The notes: generated by a model not told the origin, from the sequence alone. A stretch of 36,533 nt of DNA from Candidatus Micrarchaeota archaeon (GCA_041694885.1 JBGFRX010000041.1:1-36533); one strand, 5' to 3'. Counted from the first letter of the stretch, positions 1-9,283 are shown. Made by a program: numbers and translations.

Positions 1-336
1 TCCATGAAAGAAGCGAAAACAAGTGTAGATGAAACGATCAGCAGTATCGGGATGAGCGCGAAAAGCAGATCGAACGAAACAAATCCATCATATTGCTTCG
101 CCATCGTTTTCACCAATTCCGCATTTTCGCGAGCCCCACCCTTACGGCATAGTTGCTCGCAGAAACCAATTTGTCGAAAACAATCTGCCTTTCCATTTTT
201 TCGTTTGTGCGCGCTTCCATGAAAGAAGCGAAAACAAGTGTAGATGAAACGATCAGCAGTATCGGGATGAGCGCGAAAAGCAGATCGAACGAAACAAATC
301 CATCATATTGCTTCGCCATCGTTTTCACCAATTCCG
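1..336. repeat. Exact 121-bp direct repeat (1-121 = 216-336, period 215) at the window edge
   Basis: TCCATGAAAGAAGCG...CACCAATTCCG occurs twice; it truncates the minus-strand gene starting at 319. Confidence 0.95.
110..319 (-). CDS. Pilin-like protein with class III signal peptide-like N-terminus, 3' end scrambled by the duplication
   Basis: GGTGA RBS then ATG at 319; MAKQYDG-FVSFDLLFALIPILLIV hydrophobic N-terminus; follows two similar genes. Confidence 0.55.
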   Translation of the reverse strand: MAKQYDGFVSFDLLFALIPILLIVSSTLVFASFMEARTNEKMERQIVFDKLVSASNYAVRVGLAKMRNW

Positions 337-635
337 TATATCGTGTATCCATAAATCCTCTCGCCGTCCTTTTCCACGGCTATCGCTCCTTCCCTGTCCA
401 CATCCCCTGCTGAATAATTGCCGGAAACCAGGAATTTTTCCCCCCTCATCGCTTCCGCAACATCCAGCGTCCTCGCGAACCCCTCTATTTTCGCTTTTTC
501 CAGTATTTTCTCAGAATGGATTTTCGAGGCCGAGAGGAAGTGGGAAAGTGCGGCGAGCAGGACCGAGACCAGTGCGAGTAGAAGGAGGAAATCAAGAAGG
601 AATTCCACTGAAACCTGCGCCTTTTTCTTTCTCAT
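303..635 (-). CDS. Class III signal peptide (type IV pilin-like) protein
   Basis: MRKKKA-QVSVEFLLDFLLLLALV matches the archaeal prepilin pattern with +5 Glu; ATG at 635 overlaps the upstream stop. Confidence 0.8.
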   Translation of the reverse strand: MRKKKAQVSVEFLLDFLLLLALVSVLLAALSHFLSASKIHSEKILEKAKIEGFARTLDVAEAMRGEKFLVSGNYSAGDVDREGAIAVEKDGERIYGYTIYGIGENDGEAI

Positions 636-1294
636 CCGATCATCCCCTTCTGGACGGAATAAGGAATTTCGAATATTTTTTCGCTCGTGGGAATGTAAGA
701 TGCCTTCGAGGCACCGAATTTTTCCGAATATATTGTGATTCCGAATATTTTCGGATTTCCCCCCAAATTCAGTGAACCAAGCCTCACATTCGCAATCGCG
801 AAATTTCCATTCTGAACGTCCGCAAGCACTTCCGCGTCCACAAAATCCCTGCAAAGGGCAATCGGTTTGCAGTTCGCGCATGTCCCTGTCACCCCCTCCA
901 CAAGCGAGCGCTCCGCAATCTCGCCAAATTCGCCTTCCGAGGAAATTTCCCCGCACCACATTTTGATCTCGTAATCGCGTTCTGCGGAAAAATCAAGGAG
1001 AGAGAGCGATGCAATCACTCCATCCCTTATCCTTTCCTTCGCCTCCAGCAAGTCAAACGCCTTCATTCCTTCCGAAGCGGCAACTTCGGCAAGATATCCC
1101 AGGAAGCCGGCAATCGCCCCGTACTTCGCCGCAGTGAGCATGTTCCTTTTCGCTTCCAACGAGAGCTGCTCCATGCGCTCGAGCGCTATCGCATTTGAGA
1201 AATTCACTGTTTTGGAATTATTGTACGCGTGCGCCAGCACGACCAATATCGCGAGGGCGGCAAGCACGAGGAGAAAGGAGACGAATCCACGCAT
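632..1294 (-). CDS. Membrane-anchored protein with prepilin-like N-terminus
   Basis: MRG-FVSFLLVLAALAILVVLA; 220 aa; translationally coupled to the next gene. Confidence 0.7.
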   Translation of the reverse strand: MRGFVSFLLVLAALAILVVLAHAYNNSKTVNFSNAIALERMEQLSLEAKRNMLTAAKYGAIAGFLGYLAEVAASEGMKAFDLLEAKERIRDGVIASLSLLDFSAERDYEIKMWCGEISSEGEFGEIAERSLVEGVTGTCANCKPIALCRDFVDAEVLADVQNGNFAIANVRLGSLNLGGNPKIFGITIYSEKFGASKASYIPTSEKIFEIPYSVQKGMIG

Positions 1295-1335
1295 GGAAAT
1301 GAATTGGAAAAGAAGGATTAAAAAGAAAAGGAAAA
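1295..1335 (-). terminator. T-rich archaeal terminator after the VirB2-like pilin
   Basis: Minus strand reads TTTTCCTTTTCTTTTT just after the stop codon. Confidence 0.5.
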
Positions 1336-1342
1336 TGGACGT

Positions 1343-1672
1343 TCAGCAGCTCACAGCTGGACTATACATCGCACCCAGGATGCCTGGAGTCACCACCACT
1401 ATAAGAAGCCCGATTACAGCGCCTACGAGCATTGCGGTCGCCCAAACTGATGCTCTTGCTCTTGTTTCAGCACCGAGGAGCTGGCCTGCTGCATATATAG
1501 CTCCGGCAGCAACAATCATGAGAAACGCAATTATAGGAATAATGCTCCTTATTCCTGCGCATAGCGAACTAAGCGCAGCGCTCAAATTGGCAAAGCCAGT
1601 TCCACCAGCAGCAACAAAAGAACTCAGAATCAGCAGCGAGAAAATTACAAGCAGCATTTTGGATTTCCTCAT
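1343..1672 (-). CDS. TrbC/VirB2-like pilin
   Basis: 109 aa; signal peptide, then two hydrophobic helices (IIPIIAFLMIVAAGAIY; ATAMLVGAVIGLLIVVV) joined by a short basic loop (GAETRARA). Confidence 0.75.
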   Translation of the reverse strand: MRKSKMLLVIFSLLILSSFVAAGGTGFANLSAALSSLCAGIRSIIPIIAFLMIVAAGAIYAAGQLLGAETRARASVWATAMLVGAVIGLLIVVVTPGILGAMYSPAVSC

Positions 1673-1718
1673 TTTCTATCACCTTTCATTGACATTATGC
1701 ATTACATTTGATGGAAAT

Positions 1719-1727
1719 ATTTATAAA
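1719..1727 (-). promoter_or_regulatory. TATA box of the VirB2-like pilin gene
   Basis: TTTATAAAT on the minus strand about 50 nt before the ATG; GGTGA RBS also present. Confidence 0.55.
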
Positions 1728-1732
1728 GATAC

Positions 1733-2440
1733 TTAGGAAACGAGAGAACGCAAAAAAAGAAAAATGTGAGAAATGCCGATTTTCGAGCTGCCTTTTTTCC
1801 TCTCTGCAAATACGTATGGAACTTCAGCAACCTTTGCGCTTCGGTCTAACTGCTTAAGTATATCCACAAGCACTTTGAGCCCATTTCCTACAACCCTGCG
1901 CTCATCGATATTCCGCAATAAATTTTTCCTGAACCCGAAAAAACCGGAAACAGGGTCGCTGCAGGATGCGGAATTGCGCGCAAAAAGAACGAAGCGCGCA
2001 AGGGCATTCGCGCCAAAGGATATCGCCTGCCGCGCAATGCCCCAGTTCTCGTTTTTGGTCCTGCACGCAACCGCAAGTTCAACATTATCCAGGGCTGAAA
2101 CCAGTTCTCCTGTCTTCTCAACCGGGTGCTGAAAATCCGCATCCATCACGATTATCTTTTCCGTCCTGACTATTTTCGCGGCATCCAGAATGCTTCCCGC
2201 AAGCCCCCTTTTCATTTTTGAGTGGTCGAAAAAAATTATTTTTTCATCCACGGTGGCGAGGCGCTCCACTATCCCCCTCGTCCTGTCCGTGGAGCCGTCG
2301 TCGCTCACTATTACACGATAGCCACGTCCCAAAAGCTCAGCTGCGATTTTGTCTATGTTTTCCTCTTCATTCAGCGTGGGAAGGATTACCGTTGCACTGC
2401 ATTTGTGATTTTCCCTTCCGCGTTTTTTGCCTGTGCGCAT
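1733..2440 (-). CDS. GT2 glycosyltransferase, dolichol/polyprenol-phosphate mannosyltransferase-like
   Basis: VILPTLNEEEN, DDGSTDRT, MDADFQHP, DPVSGFF, EVPYVFAER motifs; start codon uncertain. Confidence 0.9.
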   Translation of the reverse strand: MRTGKKRGRENHKCSATVILPTLNEEENIDKIAAELLGRGYRVIVSDDGSTDRTRGIVERLATVDEKIIFFDHSKMKRGLAGSILDAAKIVRTEKIIVMDADFQHPVEKTGELVSALDNVELAVACRTKNENWGIARQAISFGANALARFVLFARNSASCSDPVSGFFGFRKNLLRNIDERRVVGNGLKVLVDILKQLDRSAKVAEVPYVFAERKKGSSKIGISHIFLFLRSLVS

Positions 2441-2488
2441 GCGGAATTTTATACGGCAGATATAAAAAGCCGTTGCGGATAAAAAAAT

Positions 2489-4042
2489 ATGGGCTGGAGC
2501 ATGCAAAAAACAACCCGAATCAGCTTTGGCAATAAATTACTTCTGGTTATCGTCCTCACCTTTCTCCTGAAATTGGCGCTTCTGCCAGTGCATCCGCTTT
2601 ACCTGGACGAATGCCTTTACAGCGAAATGGTGGAAGAACAGCTGGAGAGCCCCTCGCTCGTGCCCACTTACCTGGGCTTTGACACGAGTTGGAAGCCGCC
2701 GTTCTTTTTCTGGGCATACGCGCTGCCTGTAAAGGCGCTCCACCTGATAACAGCTGATATAGAGATTATTTACCGGTTGCCAAACCTTCTTTTAGGCGCA
2801 CTGAACATATGGCTCGTATTCATTCTTTTCAAAAAAATAACTGATGAAAGGAAAGCATTCTACACAGCGCTCCTTTATGCATTCTGCGCGCTTATCTTCT
2901 ATGCTGACCTGAGAGTTCTCCTTGACACCATGAACACAACGCTCATTCTCGCTTCTCTTCTTTCCTATTTCGGGCACCCAGAGCCAAAAAACATCGTGCT
3001 GGGCGCATTATTCGCCTTCCTTGCAGCAATAACAAAATCAGTAGTCGCATTCGTAATTCCAATAGTGGTTCTTGCGCATTTTTGGGAAAAGAGGCAGCTC
3101 AGCGCCCTGTTCGTGCTCTCGCTTCTTGCAGCCCCGCTTGGGATTGCCTTCCATTACCTGTTCCTTTCCGCGTTTGCACCCGATCTTGCCAATGCACAGT
3201 TCACCTACGACGTGATGGGAAAATTGGCAAGGGAAGGGATGAATTATGGTGAAAATCTCCAACTCTCTTACGGAAACGCATTCGTCTATGCACATGCGCT
3301 TTTCGTGTTCGCCGCGCTCGGCTTCCTTAAATTCGGAAAGGAAAAAATTTCCCTGAGCGCATGGTTCATAATGATCGTTTTCGCGCTGCTTGGAAGCAGC
3401 GGCATGATGTGGTACTTTTATCCTTTCATCCCGGTGCTCGCCTATTTTTCCGTAAAGGCGCTTTCATCCGATGTTTCTTCGGGCAGGGAAAAATACGATG
3501 TGCTTTTCCAGCTTGCGATAGGACTCATCATTGTCCTCAATCTCGCAGTCCTTTACATCTGGTATGACATGTGGGGCAAAGGGCTGCTTGAAACAGAGCG
3601 GGAAATCGGCTCATTTTTGGCCGGAAAACAGAATGTAGCGTTCATAGGCGACTACCAGCCCACGATAACCGCGCTTAGCTACAAAATCCTGAACGAGAGA
3701 GCGCAAAGCGGCAAATACCATGACTTTGGATGGGTAATTCTTACCCGTAACGAGACCCTGGAAAGGCAGATGGAAATTGCGCGGGATTTCGCTACTGATT
3801 ACCATACTTCTGCATACTCGCCAAATGAAGACAATTTTGCCCAACTTTTCTGGAAATTGGAATTGTTCAGGAAGCCATCCAACATAACCCATTTTGACTA
3901 CGTGATGGTTTCAATAGTCGATCCGAACGCGACCGTGGAATGGAGGAACAACATAAGCATAGCCGGCTATGAACTGCTGCGTGAAGGGAAAAAAACGGTC
4001 CTTTTTGTGCGCTCCGGCTTGTCGAACGAAACGACCGGATAG
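2489..4042 (+). CDS. GT-C membrane glycosyltransferase (ArnT/PMT/GT39-like)
   Basis: N-terminal TM followed by LDECLY, KPPFFFW, YRLP; many TM segments. Confidence 0.85.
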   Translation: MGWSMQKTTRISFGNKLLLVIVLTFLLKLALLPVHPLYLDECLYSEMVEEQLESPSLVPTYLGFDTSWKPPFFFWAYALPVKALHLITADIEIIYRLPNLLLGALNIWLVFILFKKITDERKAFYTALLYAFCALIFYADLRVLLDTMNTTLILASLLSYFGHPEPKNIVLGALFAFLAAITKSVVAFVIPIVVLAHFWEKRQLSALFVLSLLAAPLGIAFHYLFLSAFAPDLANAQFTYDVMGKLAREGMNYGENLQLSYGNAFVYAHALFVFAALGFLKFGKEKISLSAWFIMIVFALLGSSGMMWYFYPFIPVLAYFSVKALSSDVSSGREKYDVLFQLAIGLIIVLNLAVLYIWYDMWGKGLLETEREIGSFLAGKQNVAFIGDYQPTITALSYKILNERAQSGKYHDFGWVILTRNETLERQMEIARDFATDYHTSAYSPNEDNFAQLFWKLELFRKPSNITHFDYVMVSIVDPNATVEWRNNISIAGYELLREGKKTVLFVRSGLSNETTG

Positions 4043-4052
4043 AAATGATGCA

Positions 4053-4649
4053 ATGACCGATCAGAATTTTGCTGCCTATTATGAGATGTACAATTCCACA
4101 AACCCACTTGTCAGATGGTTCCATCGCAGGCGCGCGGAAGAAACCATGGAAATGATGGAAAAATACGCAGGGAAGCGCATTCTCGATGTGGGATGCGGGG
4201 CGGGGTTTCTCCTGGGCAGGATAAGCGGCGAGTTGTATGGAATCGACATCAGCGATGCGTCCATTGCAGAAGCGCAAAAAACGCTCGGGAAAAAAGCAGT
4301 GCTGAAATCCGGAAATGCGGAAAAACTTCCGTTCAGTTCAGATTATTTTGACGCGGTAGTTTGCGAAGAGGTGTTCGAGCATCTTCGGAATCCGCAGAAA
4401 GCGGTGAATGAAATCCTGAGAGTTGCAAAGCCGGGCGCTGCGATGATAATTTCAGTGCCGAGTGAAAAGACGCTGACGCTCGCGCGGCTCCTCATGCTCA
4501 AGTTTCCGCCAAAACTGAAGGAGCACATAAACGAGTTCACGGTTTCGGATATGGAGAAGATGTTCAGGAGAAAAGCGCGGGAAAAGAGGTTCCTGCCTCC
4601 TTTTGGAGAGGGGCTTTGCATCGTCAAGCTGCTTGTTTTCAGGAAATGA
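4053..4649 (+). CDS. Class I SAM-dependent methyltransferase
   Basis: ILDVGCGAG, GIDIS, NAEKLPF, EVFEHL, RVAKPG motifs. Confidence 0.92.
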   Translation: MTDQNFAAYYEMYNSTNPLVRWFHRRRAEETMEMMEKYAGKRILDVGCGAGFLLGRISGELYGIDISDASIAEAQKTLGKKAVLKSGNAEKLPFSSDYFDAVVCEEVFEHLRNPQKAVNEILRVAKPGAAMIISVPSEKTLTLARLLMLKFPPKLKEHINEFTVSDMEKMFRRKAREKRFLPPFGEGLCIVKLLVFRK

Positions 4650-4722
4650 ACGTTGCGGCGACGAATTCGCAAATTGAAGCGCTGCAGAGCGATGGGATAT
4701 TCGGACCAAATTTGCGAATGAA

Positions 4723-6162
4723 TCAGGAAGTGTACTGGTAAATTTCCACGCGGCCTATATTCTCTACATATCTGTATCTGTATTCCCTTATACGCTCTAC
4801 CGTACTGTTTTTCGTTTCCTCATTCAGACCTGCGCTGTCTATGAGCACGTATTTCGGATGCGAGTCCTTTATTTTTTCAAACAGGTATTTTTCCGCATCG
4901 TAATAAGAGAAGGGGGTGCCCATCGCGAAGAAATTCAACACCGGAGTAGGGGGATAGCGTGAAGAAAGATAATAGAGCTGGGGCAAACTCGGCAATGCGT
5001 TTATGCTTTCCGAAGCATTCGTATTTTTTTCAATGAATGCAACCAGTGCAGTTTCTTCCCAGCTGTGCAGGCGCTGCGGCTCTATGTTGAATCCGGGCAC
5101 AGCACCGTCCTTTGCAATGGTGAAATAACCGTACGGGATGAGCGCCGCGGTTTCAAAAACCAGGAAAAGCACGAATGCAGCCCAAACAAAGCGCACCGGC
5201 GAGCCGGACATGAGGAACTTCTCAATGCTTTCCAGGAAAAGGGGAATGAAAAATGCGGAGGGAAAAAGGAAAATCAGAAGAATTGCATGGTAAATGCCCA
5301 ATTGGCTGAAAACCCCTGAGGCAACCAGGATGAAAAGGCATGCGGAAAAAATGTAAATTGTTTTTGAATTCTCATTCGCTTCCCTGAAGGTGAAAAATAC
5401 GAAAAAGAGCGCGGCAACCTGCGCAAGGAATGTGTTTTCGGTGAACGCCCCCAGAATGCTGCTGATGCGGTGCTCAAAAATCCGGATTCCATATTCAGCA
5501 GCGTAGCTGAATACGCGATACACATAGTCCTGGAAAGAGAAAAAATCAAGCACAAGGAGGAGAAGGAATGCCAGGAACGGAATGGAAAACCCGAGCGCAA
5601 AATAAGGAAGTTTGCCCTTATTTTTCAGGATGTAATAAAGGACAGGAAGCACGAATACGATGAACGGGAACTTTATGAAAGCCGCGTATGCCAGAAGCAG
5701 ACCGACAAAGAAAGGGGAAAAAACTCTGTTGAATTTTATCAGCAGATAAATAATCGCAGTGAGCACGAGCCCTAAGAAAAGCTCCGGCTTCAGGTCGAAT
5801 GCCTCCAAAAATGCATCGAGCGCAAGAAAATAAAAAACAGCGGTGGAAAGCAGGGCGAATTTTTCGTTCTTCGTTTCCCTTACGACAAGATAGGTGAGAA
5901 ATGCGTGAAGAACCAGAATCGCAAACGCGATAAGGCGCAGCTTTACGTACGAGGTTCCTGCGAGCAGCACTGCCGGGATAAGGGTTAAGTAATAGAAAAT
6001 CCCCTTTATATCGAACAAATCCGTGTATATCTTTTTCCCGTCCAACATTCCCTTTGCCATCATGAGCGCTACGCCTGCGTCATCGTCAAGCGGCAGTGAA
6101 AGATAAGGAATGCAGAGCACGAGAAAGAGCAGCGATAGTGCAAGAAAATGCTTAAGTGCCAT
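4723..6162 (-). CDS. GT-C-like polytopic membrane glycosyltransferase
   Basis: LDDDAG after TM1, YTDLFDIKG motif, many TM segments, C-terminal PKYVL extracellular domain. Confidence 0.75.
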   Translation of the reverse strand: MALKHFLALSLLFLVLCIPYLSLPLDDDAGVALMMAKGMLDGKKIYTDLFDIKGIFYYLTLIPAVLLAGTSYVKLRLIAFAILVLHAFLTYLVVRETKNEKFALLSTAVFYFLALDAFLEAFDLKPELFLGLVLTAIIYLLIKFNRVFSPFFVGLLLAYAAFIKFPFIVFVLPVLYYILKNKGKLPYFALGFSIPFLAFLLLLVLDFFSFQDYVYRVFSYAAEYGIRIFEHRISSILGAFTENTFLAQVAALFFVFFTFREANENSKTIYIFSACLFILVASGVFSQLGIYHAILLIFLFPSAFFIPLFLESIEKFLMSGSPVRFVWAAFVLFLVFETAALIPYGYFTIAKDGAVPGFNIEPQRLHSWEETALVAFIEKNTNASESINALPSLPQLYYLSSRYPPTPVLNFFAMGTPFSYYDAEKYLFEKIKDSHPKYVLIDSAGLNEETKNSTVERIREYRYRYVENIGRVEIYQYTS

Positions 6163-6943
6163 CAGCTACCGCCTTCGCCTGCCCTTTACTCATTTGCGGT
6201 TTGCCGGACCGCAACTCGAAATAGTATCTGATGAGCCCGATTCCCATGCTCAGGCCATCGGTTAAAAGATTGAATGTCCCTCCTTCTTTTTCCTGCCATT
6301 CCACAGGAACTTCCGAGATGGAGTAGCCGCTCCTCTGCGCCAAAATGAGGAGTTCCGTGTCCCAGAGCCAATGCCTGTTTTTCACAAACGGAAGGAGTCG
6401 TTTGATTTTCCTGGTTTTGAATGCCTTGAACCCGCACTGGTGGTCGTGCACCGCAGAGCCGAAAAGGGAGCGCACCGCAAAATTGTAGATCCGGCTCGCC
6501 AGCCCCCGGTGGAAAAACCGTTGCACATTTGCGCCCTGCACCAGCCGCGAGCCCACGGCGATGTCGTGCGTTTCGCATTCCCTTATAAATTCAGGAATGT
6601 GCGAAAGATCGGTTGCCAGGTCAGAGTCCATGAACAGCGCTATTCCGCCCTTCGCCCTGTTTATCGCAGCGGAAATAACCCCTCCCTTTCCGGTTTTTTC
6701 GCGAAAGGAAAGGAATCTTATTTTGCCCTTTTTCTTCCCGCCTTTGCCGTTCGCTGCAGTTGGGGATTTTTTCGCCTCTTCGATTACGACATGTTTGGGG
6801 CCGTCATCCGCGACAATTATTTCGTAAGCGTATTCTCCAAAATTGCCCATCGCTCCGGAAATTTTTCCGAGCGTATCGCCTATCGCGCCGCTTTCGCTAT
6901 GCACTGGTACTATTATTGTTATGAGACGGTTGTTTTTGCCCAT
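6152..6943 (-). CDS. GT2 dolichyl-phosphate glucosyltransferase-like protein
   Basis: ADDG, GKGG, FMDSDLAT, VGSR, DHQCGFKAF, WLWDTELL motifs. Confidence 0.9.
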   Translation of the reverse strand: MGKNNRLITIIVPVHSESGAIGDTLGKISGAMGNFGEYAYEIIVADDGPKHVVIEEAKKSPTAANGKGGKKKGKIRFLSFREKTGKGGVISAAINRAKGGIALFMDSDLATDLSHIPEFIRECETHDIAVGSRLVQGANVQRFFHRGLASRIYNFAVRSLFGSAVHDHQCGFKAFKTRKIKRLLPFVKNRHWLWDTELLILAQRSGYSISEVPVEWQEKEGGTFNLLTDGLSMGIGLIRYYFELRSGKPQMSKGQAKAVADGT

Positions 6944-6970
6944 ATAAATCAGAACTCAAGGATAAACACA

Positions 6971-7369
6971 GCACGAAACGCGAAACCGGCAACTCCCGGT
7001 ATATTTCGATCCAGTGCTGTTTTTCAGACGCTTGTGCCCCATGCGCTCAGCCGCCACCTCTGCCCCACCTTTCTCGAGAGCGCGACCTTGCTTCCCTTGT
7101 CCACACACACCGGTCTTTTGAGCTTTATGCTTGCGGTTCCTTTCGCGAGATTCGCAATAACTCCTACTGCACGAAACGCGAAACCGGCAACTCCCGGTAT
7201 ATTTCGATCCAGTGCTGTTTTTCAGACGCTTGTGCCCCATGCGCTCAGCCGCCACCTCTGCCCCACCTTTCTCGAGAGCGCGACCTTGCTTCCCTTGTCC
7301 ACACACACCGGTCTTTTGAGCTTTATGCTTGCGGTTCCTTTCGCGAGATTCGCAATAACTCCTACTGCA
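6971..7369. repeat. Exact 198-bp tandem duplication of the eIF2-gamma 3' end plus downstream spacer
   Basis: 6971-7171 equals 7169-7369; junction microhomology GCA. Confidence 0.95.
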
Positions 7370-8418
7370 GTGGAAGTCTGCACGTTTACAACCACCGGTT
7401 CTGCCTGTCTGAACGGCGGATTTTCCATGTCCCTCCTTTCAAGCAGCGAATACTTCACGCTTATGGAGTCGGAAATTTCCGGAAGCTCTCCGGGGCACCC
7501 TATCACAGAACCCACGAGCATGTCCGACTTTGTGAGCGCCGGGTCTAAGGGAGTGCCAACAGCAACAAGGCCTCCGGGACCTGCCTGCTCCAGTTTGTCG
7601 GTTTCCGAGCGCAGCGCAGTGATTTTGAATATAATTGGATCGTAAGGCGCCCCATCCTTTTTCTGTATTCCAGGACGGAGTTCCACCTCATCCCCTGTTT
7701 TGAGCACTCCCTGGGTGAGCGAGCCGCCCAACACCCCTCCAGTCAGCTTCGCTATTTCAGTTCCCGGTCTGTTGACATCGAAGGAGCGGGAAATGTAGAG
7801 GCGGGGCTGCGCTGCACTCTCCCTTTTAGGCGTAGGCAGACGCTCTTCAATTGCTGCGAATAGCGCCGCTACGTTCACGCCATGGGTCGCGATCATCGGG
7901 ATTATAGGGGCCTCTTCTGCAACAGAGCTCTTGATGAACTGTTCTATCTCTTTCCGGTTTTCGAGGGCGCGCTGCTTTGACACGAGATCTATCTTGGTCT
8001 GCACGATTATGATGTTCCTTATTCCGGTCGCATTGAGTATCATGAGGTGCTCAGCGGTCTGCGGCTGCGGACAGGGCTCGTTTGCAGCGATGAGGAAGAG
8101 CGCGCCGTCAATTATGCTCGATGCTGCAATGGCAGTGGTCATCAGAGTTTCGTGGCCAGGGGAATCCACGAAGGAAATGCGCCTTCTGAATTCGCCTTTT
8201 CCTCCACATCCGCATTTTTCGGAATTGGAATATTCGCCGCATTTTTTGCACTGAAAAACGGAAACGTCCGCGTATCCGAGCCGTATGGATATTCCCCTTT
8301 TCAACTCCTCGCTGTGCGTGTCCGTCCATTTGCCCGTGAGCGCCTTGGTGAGTGTGGTCTTGCCGTGGTCCACGTGCCCCAGAGTCCCTATGTTTATCTC
8401 AGCCTGCAATCGTACCAC
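7222..8418 (-). CDS. eif2g: Translation initiation factor aIF2 gamma subunit
   Basis: QAEINIGTLGHVDHGKTT, RGISIRLGY, DSPGHE, PQPQTAEH, WRL C-terminus; start probably GTG 8418 or TTG 8409. Confidence 0.97.
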   Translation of the reverse strand: MVRLQAEINIGTLGHVDHGKTTLTKALTGKWTDTHSEELKRGISIRLGYADVSVFQCKKCGEYSNSEKCGCGGKGEFRRRISFVDSPGHETLMTTAIAASSIIDGALFLIAANEPCPQPQTAEHLMILNATGIRNIIIVQTKIDLVSKQRALENRKEIEQFIKSSVAEEAPIIPMIATHGVNVAALFAAIEERLPTPKRESAAQPRLYISRSFDVNRPGTEIAKLTGGVLGGSLTQGVLKTGDEVELRPGIQKKDGAPYDPIIFKITALRSETDKLEQAGPGGLVAVGTPLDPALTKSDMLVGSVIGCPGELPEISDSISVKYSLLERRDMENPPFRQAEPVVVNVQTSTAVGVIANLAKGTASIKLKRPVCVDKGSKVALSRKVGQRWRLSAWGTSV

Positions 8419-8422
8419 TGGT

Positions 8423-8818
8423 TTATTTCTTTTCTTCTTTCTTCTCTTTTGCCGGGAATAGTTCATCCATCTTCGCGGTTCCGTATTTCATTATCCTGAG
8501 GTTCACCTGCACGGTGTCCGCTGCGATCGCGTTCCCGCGCACGGTTTTCTTTTTCCTCGCGCCCTTCATCTTCGTGCGGAAGCCGGTCCCTTTCGTGAGT
8601 ATCACCGCAACTTTCCTGCTTCCGCTTATGTCCCTTCTCATTGGGAAGCCGCTCGAGTCGCTCCCACCGCGTATTTCGAGCGAGTAGCCGGCGAGCCCTA
8701 TGGTTCCGCCGTCAATCTCTTCCCCTATCCTCTTCCCCATCAACACCGGGTCCTTCGTCTTGTCCAGTTCGGTCTGGTAGGACTTTCCCGTCTTTGGATC
8801 GGAAATCACTGCTTTCAT
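8423..8818 (-). CDS. rps6e: 30S ribosomal protein S6e
   Basis: KAVISDPKTGKS, IRGGSDSSGFPMR, KKTVRGN; GGTGA RBS; conserved adjacency to eif2g. Confidence 0.97.
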   Translation of the reverse strand: MKAVISDPKTGKSYQTELDKTKDPVLMGKRIGEEIDGGTIGLAGYSLEIRGGSDSSGFPMRRDISGSRKVAVILTKGTGFRTKMKGARKKKTVRGNAIAADTVQVNLRIMKYGTAKMDELFPAKEKKEEKK

Positions 8819-8936
8819 GTTTTCACCCGCTTTTATCAGTTGAATTCGATTAGTGTAATGATTTGTGAATAACATGATGGTTAAAAACTTTTAAAAAGGG
8901 ATATAAAAGGAAAAGAAAAGAAAAGAGTTCAAGCAA

Positions 8937-9158
8937 CTATTTTCTGTAGTTCTTGAGCTTTGCCTTGTACACGTACCCATCCCTGCCGACATAGTACATG
9001 TATCCGTCCTCCTTCGAGATTTTCTCGCTCCCAATCCTCTTCTTCCTTCCACCTTTGTTGTACTTCATTGGCACTGCCCAGACGTATCCGTCCTTGCCGA
9101 CAAAATAGAGATATCCGTCTTCGCGGCTTATTTTTTCAGAGCCCACTTTCGATCCCAT
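8937..9158 (-). CDS. Small basic protein made of two internal repeats, function unknown
   Basis: GSEKISREDGYLYFVGKDGYVW and GSEKISKEDGYMYYVGRDGYVY; GGAGGTG RBS, TATA at 9228-9235, T-rich tract downstream. Confidence 0.85.
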   Translation of the reverse strand: MGSKVGSEKISREDGYLYFVGKDGYVWAVPMKYNKGGRKKRIGSEKISKEDGYMYYVGRDGYVYKAKLKNYRK

Positions 9159-9283
9159 GTTCACACCTCCCAAAATTTGTGTATCTCCGTTTTTCTATTC
9201 GGAGCGGAGCATATTATTGAGGTTAGATTTATAAATGTATTCTCGATGCCGTCGTAATGTTTATATATCCTATTCGGTGGAAT

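Noticed and set aside
6371..7645. 424-aa plus-strand ORF with an internal 66-aa repeat
   Set aside because: Antisense to eif2g and the GT2 gene; the repeat simply reflects the 198-bp duplication
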